Assembly (NCBI GenBank): GCA_022562795.1
Contig: JADFOP010000011.1
Span: 1 to 51,856 of the forward strand
DNA length: 51,856 nucleotides
Direction of reading: 5' to 3'
Origin: Nitrospinota bacterium
Lineage (GTDB): Bacteria; JADFOP01
The notes beneath the pieces are model-generated. The model saw only the letters and a list, made by a program, of their open reading frames with translations. It was not told the origin of the DNA and searched no databases. The first letter of the stretch is position 1. Each line of letters begins with the position of its first letter. The position numbers and the translations under genes are program-made. Below are positions 1 to 10,032 of the stretch, one piece after another.

Positions 1-789
1 CTCTCCAGCGGATTCGTCGCCACCGGAGACGGCCTCATCGTTGCCCCCGCGGGCGGGCTGGAGGAGTTGGAGTTCGGCCAGGAGATGAAGCTCACATGGA
101 CCGACAGCCGCGCCGCCGAGGGCTGGCTCGCCTGGAAGGACCTGGAAGTGGGGTTCGTCGTTGTTCGCCCTCTTGATCCCATTAAGCCCTTCCCGGCGAT
201 GGGCTGGCGGCGGGGTGGTGAGCCACGGCCGGGTGAGACCCTCTTCGCCCCGGGTCCCCTGACGGGCGGACAGCCGACCCTCTCCAGTGCCGAGGTGATT
301 GATGTCAGGGACTTGACCCTTCCGTCGGGCAGGCGTCTGGAGCGCGTCATCCTGGTGACTCCCGCCCTGGGGACTGGCCCCCTTCGGAGCCCCCTGCTGG
401 ATAAGGAGGGCAACCTGGTCGCTATGGTCACGACCCTGGCCCCGCCTCCCGGCTCCGCCCCAGGTACGGTGGTGGCGGTTCCGTTAAGCGCCATATGGCC
501 CGACCTGGCGGCGGCGCGCCACAGGCGGCCGCCAAGGCCCGTGGCGCAGCTTCCCGCGATGGTCAGGCCCACCTACCAAATCGGTATCGGCGTCGGCTCG
601 GGCGGTATTCGGCCTCGAATAGGCATCGGCCTGGGGAGACCCGGCGGCCTGTCGTCACGCCGGGGCCGGTGGAACGACCTCTACGATCCTCGACTTACGC
701 GCCAACAGGAGGCTGAGGACCGGGCCAAGACCGAGGCCCTCGAGCGGGAGCTGGAGGCGATGAGGCAGAGCGGGGGCGGGGGTCAGTAA
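1..789 (+). CDS. Trypsin-like (HtrA/S1-fold) domain protein, 5'-truncated, catalytic residues apparently lost
   Basis: Frame is open from base 1 (LSSGFVATGDGLIVAPAGG..., like GSGFIVxxDGxIxTNxH). Later ILVTPALGTGPLRSPLLDKEGNLVAMVT matches IQTDAAINPGNSGGPLxNxxGxVVGI. Confidence 0.55.
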   Translation, partial: LSSGFVATGDGLIVAPAGGLEELEFGQEMKLTWTDSRAAEGWLAWKDLEVGFVVVRPLDPIKPFPAMGWRRGGEPRPGETLFAPGPLTGGQPTLSSAEVIDVRDLTLPSGRRLERVILVTPALGTGPLRSPLLDKEGNLVAMVTTLAPPPGSAPGTVVAVPLSAIWPDLAAARHRRPPRPVAQLPAMVRPTYQIGIGVGSGGIRPRIGIGLGRPGGLSSRRGRWNDLYDPRLTRQQEAEDRAKTEALERELEAMRQSGGGGQ

Positions 790-893
790 TCTTAAGGTAT
801 CCTTATAAGCGGCTGCTGGCGAGATTCAGATATTTCCTGTAGGGGGATTCCTCATCCCTTCTCATATTCTAACGGGTAGAGGCGAAGCGTAGG

Positions 894-1190
894 CTATTTG
901 CTCTCGCTTAAGGAGGCGTCGAGGAGATCTATGAGCGCCTCTGCTTTTTGCTGGATGGCCTCGTCGCTTTGCTGCTCTAGAACGTCCCGAGCATCAAACA
1001 GTTCATCGGCGACGTGGAGGAGGCTAAAGATGGCTATCTGGAGAGGGGAGGCAGACGGCGGGGCCCGGTCTGCCACGGCCCGCATCTGTTCGTCTACGTA
1101 CGATGCGAGCTGTCGGGTGTATTCGTCGTCCTTATCGCCTTTGACTTGGTAGGTCCGCCCAAATATTTCTATATCAACGGGTTGCGTCAT
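894..1190 (-). CDS. zapA: Cell division protein ZapA
   Basis: VDIEIFGRTYQVKG...LASYVDEQM...IAIFSLLHVADELF signature; typical position downstream of pheT. Confidence 0.92.
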   Translation of the reverse strand: MTQPVDIEIFGRTYQVKGDKDDEYTRQLASYVDEQMRAVADRAPPSASPLQIAIFSLLHVADELFDARDVLEQQSDEAIQQKAEALIDLLDASLSESK

Positions 1191-1210
1191 CAGCGCTCTC
1201 TTCGATAAAG

Positions 1211-1510
1211 TTAGTCGAGATCCAGCTTATCCAGACGGGATAGGATTTTCTCCACCTTCTTGCCGATGGTTTTCCGCTCGCGCTGGAGCCGACGGGCCTC
1301 CGATTGGATTTCGGTCTGACGCTGTTGCAGTTCCACGGCCTTCCCCTCGGCCCCCTTGAATCGCTTGATCTCGGCCTGCTGGGCCTTAAGGCTCGCCTCC
1401 ATCTCTTCGAGGCGCTCCATGAGGGTCGCCCTTTCGGTCGCCAGGGCCGTAAGGCGCTCGGCCGCCTCTCTGACCCGGATCTCCAGCTTCTCTAGGGTCT
1501 TAGTGCTCAT
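1211..1510 (-). CDS. ZapB-like coiled-coil protein
   Basis: 99-aa all-helical coiled coil (LEKLEIRV...KVEKILSRLDKL) between pheT and zapA. Confidence 0.7.
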   Translation of the reverse strand: MSTKTLEKLEIRVREAAERLTALATERATLMERLEEMEASLKAQQAEIKRFKGAEGKAVELQQRQTEIQSEARRLQRERKTIGKKVEKILSRLDKLDLD

Positions 1511-1602
1511 ACGGCTCCGTCCATCCTGAACGTGACTTGTGGTCTTTCTATATCACCTCGCCTGGAAGCCTGTCAAGGCACGGGCCCGCCGGGTAGCGGG
1601 CC

Positions 1603-3687
1603 TCAGGTCCTAAGCGAGGCCCCGAGGGCTACTTCAAGCCGGGCGATGACTTCGGCGTGGACCTCGGCGGCCTCTTCGTCGGTCAGCGTGCGGTCGGCCG
1701 CCCGGTAGGTCAGACTGAAAGCGAGGCTCTTCTTGCCCTCCTCGATTGGCTCGCCCGTGTAAACGTCGAAGAGGTTGGAGGCTTCGAGCAACGGGCCTCC
1801 CGCTTCCCGAATGACCTCCTCGACCGACGCCGCCGAGGTCTCTTCGCCCACCACGACGGCGAGGTCCCGGAGGATGGCCGGGAAGCGGGGTAGGGGGCTG
1901 AAGTCGACCGACGGCCTCTGGGCGGCCCGAAGGGCCTCTGCGTCGAGCTCGAAGGCAACAACAGCCTCCGGAAGGTTGAAGGCCTTGACGACGGCGGGGT
2001 GAATCTCCCCCACCACCCCGAGGGAGGCCCCGCCGCTGACGGGTGTGGCCGCCCGCAGGGGGTGGAAGGTCGGGTGGTCGGTGGGCTGCCAATGCTCGAG
2101 GGGCACGCGGAGGGCCTCGCAGAGGGTCTCCACCACCCCCTTTACGTCGAAGAAATCCGGCGGATCCGCCGCCTCACTCCACAGGTGCTCCTCCAGGGAG
2201 CCCATTAGAACGCCAGACACCCGCCCACGCTCCTCAGCCCCCGTATCTCCGGAGCCTGGGAAGAAGGCCTGGGAGAGTTCAAAGACGCGGTAGCTCTCGA
2301 CCCGACGGCTGGCGTTCAGGGCGCATCCCCTAAGGAGGCTCGGTAGCAGGGTGGTACGCATTACGGCCATCTCCGCACTCAGCGGATTCTGTAGGGGGAT
2401 TGACCGGCCAAGGGGATGGTCCTCGCCGAGCCTGCAGCAGGCCAGGTCATCTGCGCTTATGAAGCTGTAGTTGATAGCCTCGGAGAGCCCGCAGCCGGCC
2501 AGGGTATCCCGAACCTGGCTGGCCCACCCCAAAGTGGGCGTATGGGCCATGCCCACCGAACTACTTGCTGGCAGGGTGGATGGGAGCCGCTCGTAGCCGT
2601 GGAGGCGTGCAACCTCCTCCATGAGGTCCACCTCCCGCTCCAGGTCTCCCCGGTGTGAGGGGATTTGGAACGACAGCCGCTCGTCGTCCTCGGAGCCGAC
2701 CAGCTCAAGCCCGAGGCGGCGACAGTACCCGGCGATGGCTTCTCCTGTAAGCTCGACGCCGAGGACCTCGTTGGTCCGCGAGACCCGAAGGGTGACCGTA
2801 GGCCGCTCGATGACCTTTGGGTAGGCGTCGATAACGCCTGCAGCCACCGTCCCTCCGCTTACTTCTGCGATGAGCGCCGCAGCCCTAGCGCTGGCCGTTA
2901 AGACCGCATCGGGGTCCACGCCCCGCTCGAAGCGGTGGGAGCTTTCGGTGTGAAGCTTGAGGCGTTTGGCGCACCGTCGGATGGTCACCGGATCGAAGTA
3001 GGCGCTTTCGAGCAACACCGTGCGGGTGGCCTCAGAGACCTCAGTAGCCCGCCCTCCCATAACCCCGGCCACGGCCACCGGGCGGGCGGCGTCGGCGATT
3101 ACCAGCATGGTGGGCTCCAGTGCTGGCTCCTCCTCGTCTATGGTCTCAATGGTCTCGCCCGGACGGGCTCGTCGCACGATTATTCGGCCCTCAGCGAGGG
3201 TGTCGTAGTCAAAGGCATGGAGGGGTTGGCCCCACTCCATGAGGACGAAGTTCGTCACATCGACCACGTTGTTGATGGGCCTGAGACCCACTGCTGTGAG
3301 GGCCTGCTGGAGCCACGGGGGCGAGGGGCCGATGGCGACGTCCCGGATGATGCGGCCCACGTATCGGGGGCATGCATCGGGGTCTTCGATGTCGATGCTG
3401 GTGAAGGTATCTACGGCGGGCGGAGCTTCGGCAGAGAGGATGTCGGGCAGGGTCAGAGGAGCGCCGGTGATGGCTGAGACCTCGCGGGCGACACCTATGT
3501 GCGAGAGACAGTCGGGCCGGTTGGGAGTGAGGTCGATGTCTAGTATCACATCCGGAGGCTCGGAGCCCTGGCTTGAGTGTTCTATGCCCCCGACTTCGAT
3601 GCCGACCATGGTGAGGGCATCGGCCAGCTCCTCGGGCTCTAGCTCCACATCCACGTACCGGAGCAACCAGGATAGGCTGACCTTCAT
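1603..3687 (-). CDS. pheT: Phenylalanine--tRNA ligase beta subunit (short form)
   Basis: MKVSLSWL, LTPNRPDCLS, INNVVDVTN, GQPLHAFD, RFERGVD, C-terminal GKKSLAF (FDX-ACB). Confidence 0.98.
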   Translation of the reverse strand: MKVSLSWLLRYVDVELEPEELADALTMVGIEVGGIEHSSQGSEPPDVILDIDLTPNRPDCLSHIGVAREVSAITGAPLTLPDILSAEAPPAVDTFTSIDIEDPDACPRYVGRIIRDVAIGPSPPWLQQALTAVGLRPINNVVDVTNFVLMEWGQPLHAFDYDTLAEGRIIVRRARPGETIETIDEEEPALEPTMLVIADAARPVAVAGVMGGRATEVSEATRTVLLESAYFDPVTIRRCAKRLKLHTESSHRFERGVDPDAVLTASARAAALIAEVSGGTVAAGVIDAYPKVIERPTVTLRVSRTNEVLGVELTGEAIAGYCRRLGLELVGSEDDERLSFQIPSHRGDLEREVDLMEEVARLHGYERLPSTLPASSSVGMAHTPTLGWASQVRDTLAGCGLSEAINYSFISADDLACCRLGEDHPLGRSIPLQNPLSAEMAVMRTTLLPSLLRGCALNASRRVESYRVFELSQAFFPGSGDTGAEERGRVSGVLMGSLEEHLWSEAADPPDFFDVKGVVETLCEALRVPLEHWQPTDHPTFHPLRAATPVSGGASLGVVGEIHPAVVKAFNLPEAVVAFELDAEALRAAQRPSVDFSPLPRFPAILRDLAVVVGEETSAASVEEVIREAGGPLLEASNLFDVYTGEPIEEGKKSLAFSLTYRAADRTLTDEEAAEVHAEVIARLEVALGASLRT

Positions 3688-3695
3688 TTTAGACC

Positions 3696-4718
3696 TCAGA
3701 ACTGGGCCAGAAAACGGGCGTCGTTCTCGAAGAATAAGCGGATGTCGTCGATGCCGTACTTCAGCATGGCGATCCGCTCAAGCCCCATGCCGAAGGCGAA
3801 GCCGACTATTTTTTCAGGGTCGTAGCCGACGGCAGAGAAGACGTTGGGGTCAACCATGCCGCTGCCGAGAATCTCGAGCCATCCGCTGCCCTTGCAGAGG
3901 CGGCACCCTTTGCCCCGGCAACCTACGCACTCGATATCCACCTCCGCGCTCGGCTCCGTATAGGGAAAAAAGCTAGGCCTGAAACGAACGGCCATCTCTG
4001 GGCCGAACATCCTTCGGGCGAAGAGCTCCAAAACCCCTTTAAGGTCCCCGAATGTGACCCGGCCCACCTCGTCCACAAGCAGTCCCTCAAGCTGGTGGAA
4101 CATCGGCGAGTGGGTGATGTCCGCGTCGCACCGGTAGACCTTGCCGGGCGAGATGATGCGCACGGGAGGGGATTGGTTCTCCATGACCCGGATCTGCACC
4201 GAGGAGGTGTGTGTGCGGAGCACAACCTCGTCGGCCACGTAAAAGGTGTCTTGCATGTCTCGCGCCGGGTGGTCCTTGGGGATGTTTAGAGCCTCGAAGC
4301 AGTACCAGTCGGTTTCGATCTCCGGGCCCTCGGCCACGGTGAAGTTAAGGCTCGTGAAGATGTCGATGGCCTCATCTAAAACCTGGGTTAGGGGGTGGAG
4401 GTGGCCTCGGGGCGGGCGGTGCCCTGGCAGTGTAATGTCCACCGGCCCGCTTAAGAGGGCCTCGGCGAGCGCCGCCTCCTCGATGGCATTGAGCCTCCGG
4501 GCGATCTCTTCTTCCAGGCGGACCTTGATCTCGTTGGCCCGAAGACCGACCTCAGGCCTTTCGTCTGGGGGCAACTCCCCCATAGCCTTTAGGGAGGAGG
4601 TCAGCGCCCCGCGCCGGCCTAAATAGCGGACCCGTACTTCGTGGACGGCCTCGGCGTCGGAGGCCTTGGTCAGGGCCGCGAGGGCTTCTTCCTCGAGCTG
4701 TCCGAGTTGCTGGAGCAT
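3696..4718 (-). CDS. pheS: Phenylalanine--tRNA ligase alpha subunit
   Basis: HPARDMQDTFY, LRTHTS, FRPSFFPYTEPS, GFAFGMGLERIAM. Confidence 0.99.
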   Translation of the reverse strand: MLQQLGQLEEEALAALTKASDAEAVHEVRVRYLGRRGALTSSLKAMGELPPDERPEVGLRANEIKVRLEEEIARRLNAIEEAALAEALLSGPVDITLPGHRPPRGHLHPLTQVLDEAIDIFTSLNFTVAEGPEIETDWYCFEALNIPKDHPARDMQDTFYVADEVVLRTHTSSVQIRVMENQSPPVRIISPGKVYRCDADITHSPMFHQLEGLLVDEVGRVTFGDLKGVLELFARRMFGPEMAVRFRPSFFPYTEPSAEVDIECVGCRGKGCRLCKGSGWLEILGSGMVDPNVFSAVGYDPEKIVGFAFGMGLERIAMLKYGIDDIRLFFENDARFLAQF

Positions 4719-4862
4719 CGCTCACCGGGGTGTGTAAAACGGGCCGTATTAGAGCACATTTCCCCGGGGGGCGCAACGGCTGTCGCATCGAGGTAGAGCA
4801 TCATTACCGGCCTGTTGGTGAATTTAATAATTGGAAGTAGGCCCGACGTCGGGTGGATGTCT

Positions 4863-6281
4863 CTAATGAAGGTGCTCGTTGAATTGGTGCTCGGTCAGCA
4901 TCCAGCGTCCGCCCGCTCGCTTCGCTTTCATTGTGCTGATGTCGGCGAACCACCATCCCTTTTCTTCGTTGGTTTTGGCGAGCTCGAAGGATTGAAAGAA
5001 GCGCACTTGAGCCTCTCGGCCGGCGACATGGACGCTCAGCAGACGAATCTGGACGTGGTGAACCCTGTAGTTTTTCGCTATCGGCTGGCTCAGGTAGTCC
5101 TTGAGCTCATCGACAGAGAAGAACTTCGACGGGTCGCAGACCCCGCAGTGAGCTTCGATCCTCCCGTCGTCCGAAAAATGGGAGAAGGCGGTCTTCCAAT
5201 CCGAATTGTGAGCGGCGTCGAGGGTGGCTTGAGCGTCAGCAAGGAGACTTGCCTCCTCGGGGGTACGGGCATGATAGGCCTCGAAGGCCGTCCCCTCCAC
5301 TTTGGCTATCTGTTCGAGCTTTTTCAGGTGGTATAGGACGGTTGGCACGTACCCGGAATCGATGGCTGCGGCCCTTTGAAACTCCCCTCGCGCCCGGCTG
5401 TATTGGGCCTTAAGGAGATAGAGGATTCCGAGGCTGAAGTGGACTTGGGCGTAATAGGGATTCAGACGCAACGCCTCGCCGTACTCGGCAATTGCTTCCG
5501 CATCGCGGCTATGCCACTGGTGGGCGCGGGCAATCATGTAATGGGGCCATGCATGGGCGGGGTCCTTCTTGAGTCCCGCTTTAAACTCCGGTATGGCTTC
5601 TTCGTAGCGGCGCCTCTTCGAATGCTCATAGCCCTTGTGGAAGTGAGAGGCGGCTTCCCAGGTCGGAAGGCCCTTCGGTCCAGTCCAGATGGAGGTCCGA
5701 TACTCCAGGCCGTCGCCACCGCCCGATTGGGGGCGACCCTCAAATGCTTTTCTCGCATCCTTAGACTCATCGAGAATGTCGAGTCCCTGGACGCCAGGTT
5801 TCTCAGGCCGGACCGTTCCGACGTACGTCCCCTGGCCCTCCGGCAGCCGCCTGAACGTGTAGAGCACCGTGCCGCAGTAGGTGGCCGACGAGGGGGCCAC
5901 GTCACAGGTCAGATAGGTAAGCGGCGCTGATAGGCGGCTTGAGCCTGATACGGACTCCGCCTCGTAGGAAATCTCCTTCAAGACATATAGGCCAGGGGGG
6001 GCCTTCGGCCACGTCACGTACCCCTTCCGGTCGGTCACCAGATCCCGGCTCGTCCCGCTCCTTGGGTGGAAGAGGGTCACGTAGATGTCCCCGGTGAGGC
6101 GACCCCCCGGAATCCCTTCCCACCCGAAGATGTTGTGGATGACGAAGCGACTGAGGAGGGTGGCTCCCGCCTCGTCGCTCGCCGCCTGAGCAGGCGAGCC
6201 GGCCAATAGAGCCCCCTCAAAAGTCCAGAAGCCAACCGAAAGAAGGAGCGTGAGAGCGACGATGCGTGCAAGGGAGCGCAT
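4863..6281 (-). CDS. Exported TPR-repeat protein with C-terminal NTF2/SnoaL-like domain
   Basis: Signal peptide from ATG 6281; TPR repeats (EEAIPEFKAGLKKDP, AEAIAEYGEALRLNP); C-terminal region has an NTF2-like pattern. Start uncertain (6332 possible). Confidence 0.65.
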   Translation of the reverse strand: MRSLARIVALTLLLSVGFWTFEGALLAGSPAQAASDEAGATLLSRFVIHNIFGWEGIPGGRLTGDIYVTLFHPRSGTSRDLVTDRKGYVTWPKAPPGLYVLKEISYEAESVSGSSRLSAPLTYLTCDVAPSSATYCGTVLYTFRRLPEGQGTYVGTVRPEKPGVQGLDILDESKDARKAFEGRPQSGGGDGLEYRTSIWTGPKGLPTWEAASHFHKGYEHSKRRRYEEAIPEFKAGLKKDPAHAWPHYMIARAHQWHSRDAEAIAEYGEALRLNPYYAQVHFSLGILYLLKAQYSRARGEFQRAAAIDSGYVPTVLYHLKKLEQIAKVEGTAFEAYHARTPEEASLLADAQATLDAAHNSDWKTAFSHFSDDGRIEAHCGVCDPSKFFSVDELKDYLSQPIAKNYRVHHVQIRLLSVHVAGREAQVRFFQSFELAKTNEEKGWWFADISTMKAKRAGGRWMLTEHQFNEHLH

Positions 6282-6485
6282 GGTGTCGGGAACTATATCA
6301 TTGGGGTAGTGCCTAGGGAAAGAGTAGCCCATTGCTTTCCTCAGTGAGCGACGACCGCGAGAGTGAATGTCTCGCTTCTACTACTTCTTGACCCCGCCCA
6401 GGGGTGGATGGTATCATGGGTTATTGGGAGGGCGGTCTCAACCGATTGAAAAATAAAGAGGAACGTAAAAGCTCCGGAGATCCAT

Positions 6486-7775
6486 ATGCTAGACCTAAGA
6501 TACCTGCGAGCCCACACTGAGCGGGTCCGACGGGCGTATAAGGACAGGGGCGAGGCAACGGACCTAGACGAGCTGCTCGAGCGCGACGAGGAGCGCCGCC
6601 GCCTGATCGCCAAGAGCGACTCCCTCAAGGCCAGAAAGAACGAGCTCAGCAAGGCCGTCGGGGAGAAGAAGCGGGCCGGGGAGCCAGAGGATGATCTTGC
6701 TCCCCTCCTGGAGGAGTCCAAGTCCGTAACCGAGCAGCTAGGCGCCCTCGAGCAGAAGCTGGCAGGGCTCCAAGGGGCCTTGGATGCCGAGCTTCTTAGG
6801 CTGCCGAACGTGCTCCACGAAACCGTCCCCTACGGAGAGGGCGAGCAGGATAACCCCGTCGTTCGGCTCTGGGGAGAGCAGCCGGCCTTCGACTTCCCGC
6901 CCAAGGACCACCACGATCTCGGTGAAGCCCTCGGAATCCTCGACTTCCCGACGGCCGCGAAGCTCACCGGGGCCCGGTTCGTCCTCTACCGGGGGGCGGG
7001 TGCCCGGCTCGAGCGGGCCCTCCTCAACTTCATGCTCGACCTCCACACCAAGGAGCACGGCTATAAGGAGATGCTTCCGCCCTTTCTGGTCAACGCGGAT
7101 ACCATGACGGGCACGGGCCAGCTTCCCAAGTTCGAGGCCGACCTTTTTAAGACCGCCGTCGAGGGTTGGTACCTCGTCCCAACCGCTGAGGTTCCCCTCA
7201 CCAACATCCACAAGGACGAGGTCCTCTCCGCCGAGGAGCTCCCGAAATACTACACCGCCCACACCCCCTGCTTTCGGAGCGAGGCGGGGAGCTACGGCAA
7301 GGACACGCGGGGCCTCATCCGCCAGCACCAGTTCAACAAGGTAGAGCTGGTTAAAATCACCACCCCCGAGTCCTCTTACGACGAGCTCGAAGGGATGACG
7401 GCCGACGCCGAGGAGGTCCTGAAACGCCTGGGGCTTCACTACCGGGTCGTTGTGCTCTGCTCCGCCGACACCGGCTTCGCCGCCGCCAAAACCTACGACC
7501 TAGAGGTCTGGCTGCCAGGCCAGGACGCCTACCGGGAGATCTCCTCGGTCTCCAACTGCGAGGACTTCCAGGCCCGCCGGGCGCGCATCCGCTACAAGGC
7601 CGACCCGAAGGCCAAGCCGACCTACGTCCACACCCTCAACGGCTCCGGGCTGGCCGTCGGCCGAACCCTGGTGGCCATCCTGGAGCAGTATCAGCAGGCC
7701 GACGGGACCGTGGTAGTGCCCGAGGCCCTGGTGCCCTACATGGACGGCCTCGCCCAAATCGAACGGGAAGACTGA
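6486..7775 (+). CDS. serS: Serine--tRNA ligase
   Basis: [47 protein letters not shown]. Confidence 0.99.
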   Translation: MLDLRYLRAHTERVRRAYKDRGEATDLDELLERDEERRRLIAKSDSLKARKNELSKAVGEKKRAGEPEDDLAPLLEESKSVTEQLGALEQKLAGLQGALDAELLRLPNVLHETVPYGEGEQDNPVVRLWGEQPAFDFPPKDHHDLGEALGILDFPTAAKLTGARFVLYRGAGARLERALLNFMLDLHTKEHGYKEMLPPFLVNADTMTGTGQLPKFEADLFKTAVEGWYLVPTAEVPLTNIHKDEVLSAEELPKYYTAHTPCFRSEAGSYGKDTRGLIRQHQFNKVELVKITTPESSYDELEGMTADAEEVLKRLGLHYRVVVLCSADTGFAAAKTYDLEVWLPGQDAYREISSVSNCEDFQARRARIRYKADPKAKPTYVHTLNGSGLAVGRTLVAILEQYQQADGTVVVPEALVPYMDGLAQIERED

Positions 7776-7787
7776 GAGAGCCTGACG

Positions 7788-8942
7788 TTGCGACGCTTCC
7801 GCCGGCTCGTAGTCCTGCTTATCCTCATATCCGCCGTCGTCCTCGCCGCCGAGTACGTCGCGGCGCCTACGGCCAGGAGGCTCTTGGTCGAGAAGATTAA
7901 GCGCGACACGGGCCTGACCCCGAAGGTAATGTCGGTAAGCCTCTCTCTCTGGCGGGGCGCGGCGACCGCTCACGACGTGGTCCTGGCCAACATTCCGCCT
8001 TTCCGGGAGCCGACGCTTCTACAGGCCCGCTCCATCACGGTCAACCTGGCGCTGCTGCCGCTCTTTTCGAGGAAAGTCGTCGTACAGAAAATCACTCTCA
8101 AGGAGGCGGTTCTCACCGTGGAGCGAAACCGCCGGGGAGAGACCAACCTTCAGGCCTTCCTGAAACGGATCGAAACCAACCGTAGGCCGGCTGCGCGGGA
8201 CCCGATTAAGGTGGACAAGCTCGTGTGGGCGGATTCCACCTTCCGGTTCATCGACCACACCGCTGGGTCCCCGCCGGCAAGACTCGTCTTGGAGGAGGTC
8301 CAATTCCTGGCAAGGGACATCGACAGCACCCGTATTGATGACCCTCTCCCCAGCCGCTTTAGCGCTCAGGCCGCCATTGCCACGCCCCGGCGGGGACGGC
8401 TCTCCATGAAGGGTCGCGCCAACCTCTTCCACCCCCTGGTCAACTTCGACCTGAATCTCACCCTCAAAAGCCTCGACCTGCCCGCCCTCCAACGCCTATA
8501 CCCCGCCTCGCCGGTCGTCTTTCGCGACGGTCTGGCGTACCTTTCCACATCGGCCACCTGCCGGAACTATCGGCTCAACGCGCAAAACCGGCTCGTCCTC
8601 CACCGCCTCGACTTTTGGCCCCGGGGCCAGGACCTCCGGGTCGCCGGCCTCCCGCTCCAGACGGTGGTGGCCTTCCTGGAGCGGGGAGAGAGCATCGAGC
8701 TGGAATTCCAGGTAACGGGCGACGTTCGCAACCCAAAGGCCCATCTGCCAGCCGTGGAAGGGCTCATCGCCAAGGCTATGCGGGATAAGATTCTTGCTGG
8801 ATCGGAGACATTATTCCAGGCGGGCAAGGCAGGGGCGACCGCAGGCGGCAAAGCCCTGAAGGTGGGCAAAAAGGCGGGCGGGGCGGTGCTTGAGGGAGTG
8901 AAGTGGCTCGGCAGCGGGCTTAAGAAGCTGTTCGGCCGCTGA
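7788..8942 (+). CDS. AsmA/DUF748-family envelope protein
   Basis: N-terminal TM anchor, LLPLFSRKVVVQKITL, ERNRRGETNL, VTGDVRNPK motifs. Confidence 0.7.
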   Translation: MRRFRRLVVLLILISAVVLAAEYVAAPTARRLLVEKIKRDTGLTPKVMSVSLSLWRGAATAHDVVLANIPPFREPTLLQARSITVNLALLPLFSRKVVVQKITLKEAVLTVERNRRGETNLQAFLKRIETNRRPAARDPIKVDKLVWADSTFRFIDHTAGSPPARLVLEEVQFLARDIDSTRIDDPLPSRFSAQAAIATPRRGRLSMKGRANLFHPLVNFDLNLTLKSLDLPALQRLYPASPVVFRDGLAYLSTSATCRNYRLNAQNRLVLHRLDFWPRGQDLRVAGLPLQTVVAFLERGESIELEFQVTGDVRNPKAHLPAVEGLIAKAMRDKILAGSETLFQAGKAGATAGGKALKVGKKAGGAVLEGVKWLGSGLKKLFGR

Positions 8943-9005
8943 GGCCACCGGGAGCGGCGGAGCTTGTTTTACCATCGCGTTGTGGTATATTGAAGAACCT
9001 ACCGT

Positions 9006-9083
9006 GCCCCGGTAGCTCAGCATGGATAGAGCACAGGATTCCGGATCCTGGGGTCGGAGGTTCGAATCCTCTCCGGGGTACCA
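9006..9083 (+). tRNA. tRNA-Arg (anticodon CCG)
   Basis: Cloverleaf: acceptor GCCCCGG/CCGGGGT, D-arm GCTC/GAGC with A20, anticodon arm CAGGA-TT-CCG-GA-TCCTG, T-arm GGAGG-TTCGAAT-CCTCT, encoded CCA. Confidence 0.97.
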
Positions 9084-9092
9084 TGCACTTCT

Positions 9093-9132
9093 AAAATAGG
9101 GACCCGAGACGGCTTCGGGTTCCTATTTTTTT
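9093..9132 (+). terminator. Intrinsic terminator after the tRNA
   Basis: AAAATAGGGACCCGA...TCGGGTTCCTATTTT hairpin followed by a T run. Confidence 0.85.
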
Positions 9133-9263
9133 GGATACCCGATTGGACCTAGACGCGCCTTCCTAGTTGTCTCTCGCTATATTGGCCGAAATTTACCCCT
9201 TGTCCTCCAATCCGACGGGTGCTAGCGTCCATTACATACGGGAAATACAAGAGAGGATTTGCC

Positions 9264-10001
9264 ATGACAGAGCGGGTAGCGTTGATTACGGGAGGCGCGC
9301 GGGGGATCGGCCGCGAGATCGGCCTCGCCCTCGCCTCGGAAGGCTGGTCGGTGGCTCTCTGCTACCGAACCAGCGCCCAGGCGGGGGAGGAGACGGCCGA
9401 GGCCGCCAGGGAGCGCGGAGCGCCTCGCTCTATGGCCATAGAGTGCGATGTCTCGGAGCCGGAGGCGGCCGATGGGTTCGTCAGGAGAGTGGAGGATGAG
9501 TGGGGGCGCGTAGACGCCCTGATCAACTGCGCCGGCCCTTACCACCGGGTCAACCTGCTTGAAGAGACGCCCGAGGGCTGGCTCTCCATGTTCGCAAACA
9601 ACCTACACCCCGTCTTCTACTGCGCCCGGGCCGTCGCCCCGGGAATGAAAGAGCGCGGCTGGGGCCGGATCCTGAACTTCAGCATGGCGACGGCCGACCG
9701 CATCTCCGCCCAGCCCCAGATTACGGCCCACTTCATCGCCAAGAGCGGCATCCTGGTCCTCACCCGCTCGCTGGCCCGCCTCCTGGCGCCCCACGGTATC
9801 ACGGTCAACGCCATCTCTCCGGGCTTCATCGACTCGGGAAGCGCTCCCGCCGAGGAATTGGAGGGCATGATCAAGCACATCCCGGCCGGCTACATCGGCT
9901 CGACCCAGGATGCGGTCGGGGTGGCGCGCTTTCTGCTGTCTGAGGCGGCGAGCTACATCACCGGCGCCAACATCCACCTCAGCGGGGCCTGGGGACTTTA
10001 G
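9264..10001 (+). CDS. Short-chain dehydrogenase/reductase (FabG/pteridine-reductase-like)
   Basis: TGGARGIG, INCAG, NAISPG; catalytic motif reads HFIAK rather than YxxxK; GAGG SD before ATG 9264. Confidence 0.85.
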   Translation: MTERVALITGGARGIGREIGLALASEGWSVALCYRTSAQAGEETAEAARERGAPRSMAIECDVSEPEAADGFVRRVEDEWGRVDALINCAGPYHRVNLLEETPEGWLSMFANNLHPVFYCARAVAPGMKERGWGRILNFSMATADRISAQPQITAHFIAKSGILVLTRSLARLLAPHGITVNAISPGFIDSGSAPAEELEGMIKHIPAGYIGSTQDAVGVARFLLSEAASYITGANIHLSGAWGL

Positions 10002-10032
10002 CTCTTAAGGTGGGATAGGGCGGCAGGAGAGG

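Noticed and set aside
790-893. 6S RNA, often found downstream of zapA
   Set aside because: The gap is only ~104 bp before a convergent gene and shows no long hairpin with a central bubble.
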